A stretch of 64,000 nt of DNA. Source: a virus. The position numbers and the translations under genes are program-made. Below are positions 1 to 9,175 of this stretch, piece after piece. The notes below the pieces were generated by a model that was not told where the DNA came from, made no database searches, and saw nothing but the letters and a program-made list of their open reading frames with translations. The stretch is taken from the IMG/VR virus record IMGVR_UViG_3300042482_000679. One strand, given 5' to 3'. Numbering within the stretch: position 1 is the first letter of the stretch; the number at the start of each line of letters is the position of its first letter.

Positions 1-3000
1 GAACCTGACGAACCTGATGTTCCCGAAGAACCTGATGTTCCAGATGTTCCGCTAGTTCCTGAAGAACCTGATGTTCCTGAAGAACCTGATGTTCCACTAG
101 TTCCTGATGAACCACTTGAACCTGAAGTTCCGCTAGTACCTGATGAACCTGATGTTCCGCTTGTTCCTGATGAACCTGAAGAACCTGAAGTTCCATTTGT
201 ACCGCTTGTTCCTGAAGAACCTGATGAACCTGATGTTCCACTAGTTCCTGAAGAACCACTTGAACCTGAAGTTCCGCTAGTACCTGATGAACCTGATGTT
301 CCGCTTGTTCCTGATGAACCTGAAGAACCTGAAGTTCCATTTGTACCGCTTGTTCCTGAAGAACCTGAAGTTCCGCTAGTTCCTGAAGAACCTGATGTTC
401 CTGAAGAACCTGATGTTCCTGAAGAACCTGACGAACCTGATGTTCCCGAAGAACCTGATGTTCCAGAAGTTCCGCTAGTACCTGATGAACCTGATGTTCC
501 GCTTGTTCCTGATGAACCTGAAGAACCTGATGTTCCACTAGTTCCTGAAGAACCACTTGAACCTGAAGTTCCGCTAGTACCTGATGAACCTGATGTTCCG
601 CTAGTTCCTGAAGAACCTGATGAACCTGAAGAACCTGAAGTTCCATTTGTACCGCTTGTTCCTGAAGAACCTGATGAACCTGATGTTCCACTAGTTCCTG
701 AAGAACCACTTGAACCTGAAGTTCCGCTAGTACCTGATGAACCTGATGTTCCGCTTGTTCCTGATGAACCTGAAGAACCTGAAGTTCCATTTGTACCGCT
801 TGTTCCTGAAGAACCTGAAGTTCCGCTTGTTCCTGAAGAACCTGAAGTTCCGCTAGTACCTGATGAACCTGATGTTCCGCTCGTTCCTGATGAACCTGAG
901 CTACCTGATGTTCCGCTCGTTCCTGATGAACCTGATGTTCCGCTCGTTCCTGATGAACCTGAAGTTCCATTTGTACCGCTTGTTCCTGAAGAACCTGATG
1001 TTCCGCTCGTTCCTGATGAACCTGAGCTACCTGATGTTCCGCTCGTTCCTGATGAACCTGATGTTCCGCTTGTTCCTGATGAACCTGAAGAACCTGAAGT
1101 TCCGCTAGTTCCTGATGAACCTGATGAACCACTTGAACCTGAAGTTCCATTTGTACCACTTGTTCCTGATGAACCTGAGCTACCTGATGTACCAGAAGTT
1201 CCTGAAGAACCTGAAGTTCCGCTCGTTCCTGATGAACCTGAAGAACCTGAAGTTCCACTAGTTCCTGACGAACCTGAAGTTCCGCTAGTACCTGATGAAC
1301 CTGATGTACCACTTGTTCCTGACGAACCTGATGTTCCTGACGAACCACTTAAACCTGAAGTTCCGCTAGTACCTGACGAACCTGATGTTCCTGACGAACC
1401 ACTTGAACCTGAAGTTCCGCTAGTACCTGACGAACCTGAAGTTCCATTTGTACCACTTGTTCCTGATGAACCTGAGCTACCTGATGTTCCTGAAGAGCCA
1501 GATGTTCCATTTGTACCGCTTGTTCCTGATGAACCTGATGTTCCATTTGTACCGCTTGTTCCTGATGAACCTGAAGTTCCACTTGAACCTGATGTTCCTG
1601 AAGTACCATCAGCACCGCTTACACCTGATGTTCCGCTCGTTCCTGAAGAGCCAGATGTACCATTTGTACCGCTTGTTCCCGATGAACCTGATGTTCCGCT
1701 CGTTCCTGAAGAACCTGATGTACCATTTGTACCGCTTGTTCCTGAAGAACCTGATGTTCCGCTAGTTCCTGATGAACCTGAAGTTCCGCTCGTTCCTGAT
1801 GAACCACTTGAACCTGAAGTTCCATTTGTACCGCTTGTTCCTGAAGAACCTGATGTTCCGCTCGTTCCTGATGAACCTGAAGTTCCGCTTGTTCCTGATG
1901 AACCTGAAGAACCTGAAGTTCCATTTGTACCGCTTGTTCCCGATGAACCTGATGTTCCGCTCGTTCCTGATGAACCACTTGAACCTGAAGTTCCATTTGT
2001 ACCGCTTGTTCCCGATGAACCTGATGTTCCGCTCGTTCCTGAAGAACCTGATGTACCATTTGTACCACTTGTTCCTGATGAACCTGAAGAACCTGAAGTT
2101 CCACTAGTTCCTGACGAACCTGAAGTTCCGCTAGTTCCTGATGAACCACTTGAACCTGAAGTTCCATTTGTACCACTTGTTCCTGATGAACCTGAGCTAC
2201 CTGATGTACCAGAAGTTCCTGAAGAACCTGAAGTTCCATTTGTACCACTTGTTCCTGATGAACCTGAGCTACCTGATGTACCAGAAGTTCCCGATGAACC
2301 TGAAGTTCCGCTTGTTCCTGATGAACCTGATGTTCCGCTTGTTCCTGATGAACCTGATGTTCCGCTTGTTCCTGATGAACCTGAAGTTCCGCTCGTTCCT
2401 GATGAACCACTTGAACCTGAAGTTCCGCTAGTACCTGAAGAACCACTTGAACCTGAAGTTCCATTTGTACCACTTGTTCCTGAAGAACCACTTGAACCTG
2501 AAGTTCCATTTGTACCGCTTGTTCCCGATGAACCTGAAGTTCCGCTCGTTCCTGATGAACCACTTGAACCTGAAGTTCCATTTGTACCGCTTGTTCCTGA
2601 AGAACCGCTTGAACCTGAAGTTCCATTTGTACCGCTTGTTCCTGAAGAACCGCTTGTTCCTGAAGAACCGCCTGTTCCTGATGAACCTGAAGTTCCACTT
2701 GTTCCTGATGAACCTGAAGTTCCACTTGTTCCTGAAGAACCTGAGGAACCGCCTGTTCCTGACGAACCACTAGTTCCTGACGAACCACTAGTTCCTGAAG
2801 TTCCGTCAGCACCACTTACACCTGATGTTCCTGATGTTCCTGAAGAACCTGATGTACCATTTGTACCGCTCGTTCCTGATGAACCACTTGAACCTGATGT
2901 ACCATTTGTGCCGCTTGTTCCTGATGAACCTGATGTACCATTTGTACCGCTTGTTCCTGAAGAACCCGATGTACCATTTGTGCCGCTTGTTCCTGATGAA

Positions 3001-3173
3001 CCTGAAGTTCCGCTCGTTCCTGAAGAACCTGATGTTCCGCTAGTTCCTGATGAACCACTTGAACCTGAAGTACCAGATGAACCTGATGTTCCACTAGTAC
3101 CATTGATACCACTAATACCAGATGTTCCTGAAGTCCCACTTGTTCCTGAAGAACCAGATGAACCTGAAGTTCC
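1..3173 (-). repeat. 9-bp-unit coding tandem repeat (GTS/GSS/GTN triplets) with 144-153 bp higher-order repeats
   Basis: Units such as GGAACATCA, GGTTCATCA and GGTACAAAT. The marker ccactag recurs at 94/238 (144 bp apart) and 535/688 (153 bp apart). Confidence 0.95.
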
Positions 3174-4028
3174 CCCTGTTATTGTAACTGTTATTGCACC
3201 GTCACCATCATTAGTAACAGAAGCACCATTGAATGTTATACCAGTGACATTACTTACGGTTGTAACTCCGTCTCCAACTGTTAAAGGACTACCTCCTCCT
3301 GAGGTAAATCCTGTAATTTGAATGTCGTCACCAAGTGAATTTGTTAATGTTAAAGTTTGTGTACCGGAATTATAAGTTCCACCTGTAATTGGCGCAGTAA
3401 ATCCTGAAATTGTAATAGTACCACCTGTATTATTGTATAAATCTAAATCTGAAGTTCCTGAGAAATAAGTACCACCTGTAATTTGTACATCACTACCCCA
3501 AAATATTTGCCATCTGGCATTATTCTTAGTTACCCCACCAACACCTTCAATTGTTGAGCCTGTCCAAGCATCAAGAAGGGCCGCTCCTTGTGGCGTATCA
3601 TCATAAACCTCATAACCACTACCTAAATCAATGATAGAACCAGCAGTTTCAGCATCATCCCACATTGACGTAAATCCTGTCATCGTGTATTGGTACACAG
3701 TGTCTGTCTCTTGGACATACACCTGCATACCTAATCTTCTACGACCTGAAGAAATACCATCGTTATTTAATGTTAGCGTGTTTGGTAATGAATAAGGTAC
3801 GTTATAAGTTAAGTTAATAGGAATTGAGTTTCCTGAGTAGTAAACAACACCCCCATTAATTAAAATGTCATTTGGAATTATGAAATCTAGGTCAGATAAG
3901 GAGTAAACTTCCATATATCCACCAATTCCAAGTACACTAAAATTTGTACCGGTATTATTTTCTCTAATGACTGAATCAGGAGTCTGAAGAATGGTTGTTG
4001 ATACGGGGTTTTTATATTGAAAACTCAT
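1..4028 (-). CDS. Giant collagen-like (Gly-X-Y) fibre protein, 3' end outside window
   Basis: ATG at 4028 (MSFQYKNPVSTTILQ...). About 285 aa of unique N-terminus, then (G-T/S-S/N)n that stays in frame to position 3 with no stop. Absent from the ORF track because the stop lies outside the window. Confidence 0.85.
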   Translation of the reverse strand, partial: MSFQYKNPVSTTILQTPDSVIRENNTGTNFSVLGIGGYMEVYSLSDLDFIIPNDILINGGVVYYSGNSIPINLTYNVPYSLPNTLTLNNDGISSGRRRLGMQVYVQETDTVYQYTMTGFTSMWDDAETAGSIIDLGSGYEVYDDTPQGAALLDAWTGSTIEGVGGVTKNNARWQIFWGSDVQITGGTYFSGTSDLDLYNNTGGTITISGFTAPITGGTYNSGTQTLTLTNSLGDDIQITGFTSGGGSPLTVGDGVTTVSNVTGITFNGASVTNDGDGAITVTITGGTSGSSGSSGTSGTSGTSGISGINGTSGTSGSSGTSGSSGSSGTSGTSGSSGTSGTSGSSGTSGTNGTSGSSGTSGTNGTSGSSGTSGTNGTSGSSGSSGTSGTNGTSGSSGTSGTSGVSGADGTSGTSGSSGTSGSSGTGGSSGSSGTSGTSGSSGTSGTSGSSGTGGSSGTSGSSGTSGTNGTSGSSGSSGTSGTNGTSGSSGSSGTSGTSGSSGTSGTNGTSGSSGSSGTSGTNGTSGSSGSSGTSGTSGSSGSSGTSGTSGSSGTSGTSGSSGTSGTSGSSGTSGTSGSSGTSGTSGSSGSSGTSGTNGTSGSSGTSGTSGSSGSSGTSGTNGTSGSSGSSGTSGTSGSSGTSGTSGSSGSSGTSGTNGTSGSSGTSGTSGSSGTSGTNGTSGSSGSSGTSGTSGSSGTSGTNGTSGSSGSSGTSGTSGSSGTSGTSGSSGTSGTNGTSGSSGSSGTSGTSGSSGTSGTSGSSGTSGTNGTSGSSGTSGTSGSSGTSGTNGTSGSSGTSGTSGVSGADGTSGTSGSSGTSGSSGTSGTNGTSGSSGTSGTNGTSGSSGTSGSSGSSGTSGTNGTSGSSGTSGTSGSSGSSGTSGSSGTSGTSGLSGSSGTSGSSGTSGTSGSSGTSGTSGSSGTSGTSGSSGSSGTSGTSGSSGTSGTSGSSGSSGTSGTNGTSGSSGSSGSSGTSGTSGSSGSSGTSGTSGSSGTSGTSGSSGSSGTSGTSGSSGTSGTNGTSGSSGTSGTSGSSGTSGTSGSSGSSGTSGTSGSSGTSGTSGSSGTSGTSGSSGTSGTNGTSGSSGSSGTSGTSGSSGTSGTSGSSGSSGTSGTSGSSGSSGTSGTNGTSGSSGSSGSSGTSGTSGSSGTSGTSGSSGSSGTSGTSGSSGSSGTSGTSGSSGTSGTSGTSGSSGTSGSSGSSGTSGSSGTSGSSGTSGTSGSSGTSGTNGTSGSSGSSGTSGTSGSSGTSGTSGSSGSSGTSGTSGSSGSSGTSGTNGTSGSSGSSGTSGTSGSSGTSGTSGSSGSSGTSGTSGSSGTSGSSGTSGTSGTSGSSGTSGSSG

Positions 4029-4045
4029 TTCTTTTTTTTTATTTA

Positions 4046-4052
4046 ATAAATA
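4046..4052 (-). promoter_or_regulatory. TATTTAT motif (putative late promoter)
   Basis: 17 nt upstream of ATG 4028; one of 14 sense-oriented copies. Confidence 0.55.
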
Positions 4053-4064
4053 TTTTTAATTTCT

Positions 4065-6278
4065 TTATACTAGCGTGCCTCCTCGGAAATACCAAGCGTT
4101 TCCGTTGTTAGTTATGGTCAATCCACCCGCAGGTTTTGTAACATATACTCTGTAAGTACCCGCAGGTATATTTGCTGAGCCTGTGTAGTTTATTATTAAA
4201 CTATTATAAATTGAACTCACAACCGTATCAGTTGCCGGTGGGTTAGCATTACCATTCAAGATTGTAGAATACTTTTGTCCGTTAGTCGCTCCCGTTGATA
4301 CAAACCAAACATAGTACGCCACTTCAGTAGGATTTGGTACTGTCGCAGCAGGAACTTGGATTGTTTGGAATCTATAAGCAACTATCGGGTTACCAAAAGC
4401 GTCATTACCACCACTTGTTGTTGAAATTGGCGCTGTGAATATTGCTGGTTCAGATACACCCCATCCACTGTAGGCAATATAGGTGTTCATTTGTGTATTA
4501 AATGTCGCCTGTATTGTTGATGGTGAAGTAATGTTAAATCCTCTGAACGCACTTCCTTGTGCCAGCATATAGTTGTTTAACGCAGTTCTGATTGTTGCGT
4601 CGTTTCTATCGATGAACAAATACGCCTGTATTGGTTGTGCCGATGGAGTTGGTGTTGGAGTAGTTGTAGTGGTTGGCGTTGGTGACGCAGTATTAGTAGG
4701 TGTTTGAGTTGGAGTATTTGTTGCGGTTTGTGTTGGTGTTGGAGTCGATGTCTGTGTTGGAGTTGGTGTCTTTGTTTGTGTTGGTGTTTGTGTTGGTGTT
4801 GAAGTATTAGTTGCGGTATTTGTAGGCGTAGGAGTATTAGTCGCAGTTTGCGATGGTGTTGGTGTTTGTGTCGGTGTTGGAGTCTGAGTTCTCGTTGGTG
4901 TTTGTGTTGGGGTCTGAGTTCTCGTTGGTGTTTGTGTTGGTGTTTGTGTTGGACTAGCAGTAATAGACGGTGTTGGAGTGTTAGTCGATGTTGCGGTTTG
5001 TGTTGGGGTTGGCGTATTAGTTGCTGTTTGTGTTGGAGTATTAGTCGCAGTATTAGTTGGAGTATTAGTTGCCGTATTAGTTGGCGTCTGAGTTGGAGTA
5101 TTAGTGGCAGTATTGGTTGGTGTTTGAGTATTAGTCGCAGTATTAGTTGGCGTTTGCGTTGGCGTTTGAGTTGCAGTATTAGTTGGTGTAGGTGTTGGAG
5201 TCTGAGTTGCGGTATTAGTTGGAGTCTGAGTTGGACTAGCAGTAATAGACGGTGTTGGTGTCGGTGTGATATCAGATGTAACTGAAGGTGTAGGTGTATT
5301 TGTTTGTGTCGCAGTTTGTGTTGGTGTAACCGTATTAGTCGCAGTAATTGTAGGTGTCTGCGTAGCAGTTTGTGTTGGTGTATTAGTGGCAGTTTGAGTT
5401 GGTGTCGCGGTTTGAGTTGGTGTGTTAGTTGCAGTTTGTGTTGGTGTGTTAGTTGCAGTTTGTGTTGGTGTGTTAGTTGCAGTTTGTGTTGGTGTGTTAG
5501 TTGCAGTATTAGTTGGTGTTTGGGTAACCGTTGGTGTTTGAGTAGGCGTAGAAGTATTGGTCGGTGTTTGAGTAACCGTTGGAGTTTGTGTTGGAGTTGA
5601 AGTTTGTGTCGGAGTTTGTGTTCTTGTCGCTGTTTGTGTCGGAGTTTGGGTTCTTGTTGGAGTCTGTGTAGGTGTTGCAGTCCTTGTGTTAGTTGGGGTC
5701 TGTGTTGGTGTTGAAGTATTTGTTGCGGTGTTAGTTGGCGTGTGAGTGTTAGTTGGAGTCTGTGTTGGTGTTGAAGTTGATGTATTTGTTGGCGTAGGTG
5801 TTTTAGTTTGGGTTGCAGTATTAGTTGGTGTGTGAGTTTGGGTATTTGTAGGTGTATTTGTTGGAGTATGCGAAGGGGTATTTGTTACCGTATTAGTAGG
5901 TGTGATAGTCGGTGTTACAGATGGTGTCGCGGTAGATGTCGGGCTAACAGTTTGTGTTGGCGTACTTGTGGCACCTGGAGTCGTAGAAGTAGGTGTTGGT
6001 GTTGGCGTAGTTGTTGGCGTATAAGTTGGGGTAGGTGTTGGTGTTGGGGTGAAATCAAAGCACACCACATAACCATCAATCATTTGTTGTCTGGTTATAT
6101 CAGTGGCATATGCCGGCTCAGAAGTTGAATTTATGAATATATCAAATGGACCAATTGCGTTAGAACTAGCTGGTATTCTAACAATATAACAAGATGGCCC
6201 GGTGACTGTAATCTGTTTTTGAACCTCAGTATTACACCCCGTTGCCTTATTGACACAAATTATAGTTTCTAACGACAT
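4065..6278 (-). CDS. Thr/Pro-rich (mucin-like stalk) virion appendage protein
   Basis: 737 aa. Small Cys-containing N-terminal domain, about 470 aa of TPTQTATN-type repeats, then a globular C-terminal domain. Lies in the fibre gene cluster. Confidence 0.75.
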   Translation of the reverse strand: MSLETIICVNKATGCNTEVQKQITVTGPSCYIVRIPASSNAIGPFDIFINSTSEPAYATDITRQQMIDGYVVCFDFTPTPTPTPTYTPTTTPTPTPTSTTPGATSTPTQTVSPTSTATPSVTPTITPTNTVTNTPSHTPTNTPTNTQTHTPTNTATQTKTPTPTNTSTSTPTQTPTNTHTPTNTATNTSTPTQTPTNTRTATPTQTPTRTQTPTQTATRTQTPTQTSTPTQTPTVTQTPTNTSTPTQTPTVTQTPTNTATNTPTQTATNTPTQTATNTPTQTATNTPTQTATPTQTATNTPTQTATQTPTITATNTVTPTQTATQTNTPTPSVTSDITPTPTPSITASPTQTPTNTATQTPTPTPTNTATQTPTQTPTNTATNTQTPTNTATNTPTQTPTNTATNTPTNTATNTPTQTATNTPTPTQTATSTNTPTPSITASPTQTPTQTPTRTQTPTQTPTRTQTPTPTQTPTPSQTATNTPTPTNTATNTSTPTQTPTQTKTPTPTQTSTPTPTQTATNTPTQTPTNTASPTPTTTTTPTPTPSAQPIQAYLFIDRNDATIRTALNNYMLAQGSAFRGFNITSPSTIQATFNTQMNTYIAYSGWGVSEPAIFTAPISTTSGGNDAFGNPIVAYRFQTIQVPAATVPNPTEVAYYVWFVSTGATNGQKYSTILNGNANPPATDTVVSSIYNSLIINYTGSANIPAGTYRVYVTKPAGGLTITNNGNAWYFRGGTLV
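4644..6050 (-). repeat. (T-x)n coding repeat region including 24-bp tandem units
   Basis: gttggtgtgttagttgcagtttgt at 5416, 5440, 5464 and partial at 5488; Thr at alternate residues. Confidence 0.9.
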
Positions 6279-6287
6279 TTTTTTTAA

Positions 6288-6295
6288 TATAAATA
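6288..6295 (-). promoter_or_regulatory. TATTTATA motif (putative late promoter)
   Basis: About 10 nt upstream of ATG 6278. Confidence 0.55.
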
Positions 6296-6383
6296 CATAG
6301 GTTTCCTTGTTTCAAAAATCGTTTTTAGTAAGTTTTTTTGAAAAGGGAAAAATAATCCTCAAGATTATTAGTATTCATACATC

Positions 6384-6710
6384 TTAATCGACCGTAATAC
6401 TATAATCACAAGACTCGGCAGTAACAGAAATTGTATAGGTGCAAGATGCGATTTCCACAGAAATATCAAATCCACATCCATAGCTACAATCAATAATTTC
6501 AAACTTTTTACATCCTCTGTTATCGATTAAAGTAACCATAACAGCAGGAGCATTATTGAATAAACTTGGTGGATAAAAATTTGCTGCGGGAGGTATTAAA
6601 CCTGTGTTGGTAATTGTACCAATTAATGATTCATTATTTCCATAAACATCAGAAACATAAACATATATTGGAGTTTCTCCCGTAACCGCTTCAATTCTTA
6701 TCTGTGTCAT
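6384..6710 (-). CDS. Small hypothetical structural protein
   Basis: Likely start is ATG 6710, which overlaps the upstream TGA (ATGA). Beta-rich and Cys-containing, with a DxxGC motif like the neighbouring SprB repeats. Confidence 0.65.
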   Translation of the reverse strand: MTQIRIEAVTGETPIYVYVSDVYGNNESLIGTITNTGLIPPAANFYPPSLFNNAPAVMVTLIDNRGCKKFEIIDCSYGCGFDISVEIASCTYTISVTAESCDYSITVD

Positions 6711-9175
6711 TGTAGGCAAATAATGTCATAAACTATAAGTAACTCAACAGTAATTTCTTGGTCAGTTAAAGGACCTCCTTGAGTTGCCTGAATAGTAATT
6801 TGATTGGTTAATGGGTTAACTGTAACATTTGAAACCCCGTTAATACTTTCCAACATTGTGGTAATTGTGTTGTACCATAAATTATCACTTGGTACATCAA
6901 CCAATGTTGTTCCTGTATAGAATGTTGTTGTTAAAATAGTGTTGAGTGGTTGAACTTGGACTTTAGCGGTATAAATTGCGGTGTTAATCGAACAATCCGT
7001 ATTACCTGATGTTAAGTCGTTAAATCCTTCAACTAATATTTGATTGATACCTCGTTTGGTTGGTGAAACGATATTGAAGGTTTCTGAACCCATTGTATAA
7101 CATTGGAGTGATACATACGTCGCATCACAATCGATAATCGTTTGTGCTGCGTTTGAACAACCATTAGAGTCAGTTACAATCAATCCATAAGTACCACCCG
7201 TTAAACCTGAAACTGTTATCTGTTGTGGATTACCCGCAACATTATCAGACCAATCAAATGTAAATGGTGGAACTCCACTAGAAATAAACGCTGTAATTGT
7301 TCCTTCATTACCAGTTCCACAAGACGTACTGTATAATGAGAACTGAACACTTGGCGTTGTTGTAATTGTGAATGGTTTGTATTGTGTACATCCTGAAGCA
7401 TCCGTAACACTTAAAACGTGTTGACCAGGCGCAACATTATTAAACGTAACCGCAGTTAAAGGCGTATCAATAATTGTTTGAATACCGTCAATAGAATAAT
7501 CATATGGACTTGTTCCACCTGAAGATAAAACAATATTAATACTACCATAAGGATTTCCACAAGTAGAACCCGAAGTTTGTAATGCAATTGTAAATTTATC
7601 TTGTGTTAAAATGGTAACATCTTGTGTGAATAAACAACCCGAACTATCTTGAACAAAAATTGTATAGTCACCTCCAGTTAAATCAGAATAGGTATACTGT
7701 GTAAAGTTAGATGATTGTGATGTGGTGTTACCTTGGTCATCAACTAATGTATATGTATAGGGTGCAGTTCCACCCAATAAACTAACCAAGATTAATCCGT
7801 TGTTAGAATTACAATAAGAGTTTTGTGTTGATACATTAACGGATTGTATACCATTAGGACTTGTTAAAGTTGTTTCTTGTGTGAATGAACAAAGACCAGC
7901 GTCCGTAACAGTAAATCCATAGTTACCACTACTTAACCCTGAAAGTGTATATGTCTGACTATAACTAATTTCTTGAGCCCCCGTAGACGCTGAATAATAG
8001 TATGGCGCAGTTCCACCAGTAATTGTTAAGGTTAATGAACCATTGGCATTGAAGCAACTCGGGGTTGTTGCAGAAAATGAACCAAACCCAACAGGTTCAA
8101 CTCGGGTGACAATTCCTTGTTTGGTTAAACTACACCCGTTGTAGTCTGTAACCGTAACCGAATAAACACCTTCAGTTAATCCTGTTATACTGTCTGTGGT
8201 TTGTCCATTACTCCATAGGTAAGAATAGGGTCCTATACCCGTTTGTCCTGTAACATAAATCTTACCAATATTGTTCTGACCACAAGCAGCGTTTGGTACC
8301 ACATAGAGTCCATAATCGTAAGTAACCGAACTTTCGATTATGAAGTCTGAACTTCTACAAGTACAACCACCCAAGTCAACTGCCTCCAAGTAGTAAGTTC
8401 CCGCAGATAAACTTGAGAACACTACCGTGTTTGTGTTGACCGTTTGAGAAGCAACAAAATCGTCATCAGTTGTATACAAATAATAATTAACCGAGGAATA
8501 AACACTTGAGCAAGTACCCGTCACCGCTCCATTGTCTGAACCACAAGTTGTTGATTGTACGCCTGTGACTGTTGTACAACATCCTGAAGATACAGGAATG
8601 TTGATATAAAATTCATTATTTATTGGCAATGTAGAGTCGTTCGCTCTAACCAAGTAGTTTCCGGCTGCAAGTCCTGTCTTGTAATCTCCAAGACCTAAAT
8701 TAGGACTATACCAATCAAAGGTATAAGGTGGAACTCCTCCTGTTCCAAATATCTGAACTGTACCCGTTCCATTGTCACAAGCTCCAGTTACCGACAGATA
8801 ATAATCAAACGCCCCACCATTACCAAAAGGTCCTGATGGTGTAACACTCGGTGTAATACTTGGGGTAATTGATGGAGTCGGAGTTAGTGTTTGTGTTGGT
8901 GTAACAGTAACTGTTGGAGTTGGTGTTACGGTTGGTGTTGGCGTTGGTGTGGATGTCGGACACGGAACCGATGCCTTACAAACCGCACAACTAGGATAAT
9001 CAGGATTTAAGAACGTGTCAGAACCAGGTCCCGAAGTCGGTACCGAAGTTCTCGCATAACAAGTACTATTGTAAACAACACAATCGCCCAAACTAAAGTT
9101 TGTTAACTCAATCTCAAAAACTCTATAGTCTGAGGAGTCACAACAGTTTTGGAAAAAATAATAACCTAAAGCCAT
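6707..9175 (-). CDS. SprB-repeat-containing virion/adhesin-like protein
   Basis: Multiple repeats of C..NG.I.V..TGGTAPYTY.W.....T..GL..G.Y.VTVTD..GC (SprB-type repeat). Short PT linker near the N-terminus. Confidence 0.75.
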   Translation of the reverse strand: MALGYYFFQNCCDSSDYRVFEIELTNFSLGDCVVYNSTCYARTSVPTSGPGSDTFLNPDYPSCAVCKASVPCPTSTPTPTPTVTPTPTVTVTPTQTLTPTPSITPSITPSVTPSGPFGNGGAFDYYLSVTGACDNGTGTVQIFGTGGVPPYTFDWYSPNLGLGDYKTGLAAGNYLVRANDSTLPINNEFYINIPVSSGCCTTVTGVQSTTCGSDNGAVTGTCSSVYSSVNYYLYTTDDDFVASQTVNTNTVVFSSLSAGTYYLEAVDLGGCTCRSSDFIIESSVTYDYGLYVVPNAACGQNNIGKIYVTGQTGIGPYSYLWSNGQTTDSITGLTEGVYSVTVTDYNGCSLTKQGIVTRVEPVGFGSFSATTPSCFNANGSLTLTITGGTAPYYYSASTGAQEISYSQTYTLSGLSSGNYGFTVTDAGLCSFTQETTLTSPNGIQSVNVSTQNSYCNSNNGLILVSLLGGTAPYTYTLVDDQGNTTSQSSNFTQYTYSDLTGGDYTIFVQDSSGCLFTQDVTILTQDKFTIALQTSGSTCGNPYGSINIVLSSGGTSPYDYSIDGIQTIIDTPLTAVTFNNVAPGQHVLSVTDASGCTQYKPFTITTTPSVQFSLYSTSCGTGNEGTITAFISSGVPPFTFDWSDNVAGNPQQITVSGLTGGTYGLIVTDSNGCSNAAQTIIDCDATYVSLQCYTMGSETFNIVSPTKRGINQILVEGFNDLTSGNTDCSINTAIYTAKVQVQPLNTILTTTFYTGTTLVDVPSDNLWYNTITTMLESINGVSNVTVNPLTNQITIQATQGGPLTDQEITVELLIVYDIICLQ

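Noticed and set aside
1-3173. Possible CRISPR array or satellite
   Set aside because: There are no unique spacers. Variation is confined to codons and preserves Gly at every third residue, so the repeat is coding.
863-3321. ORF-track entries in the 9-bp repeat (MNLMFRSFL..., QVHQEQ..., VPLVPDEP...)
   Set aside because: These are shadow frames of the Gly-X-Y gene. Only the frame starting at ATG 4028 has a unique N-terminus and an upstream motif.
4848-6128. Plus-strand Cys/Trp-rich ORFs
   Set aside because: Antisense shadows of the Thr-Pro repeat
6304-6370. Imperfect inverted repeats in the 6279-6383 gap (also TGGAATT/AATTCCA at about 21901-21923)
   Set aside because: The stems are AT-rich and mismatched, too weak to call as terminators or ncRNA.
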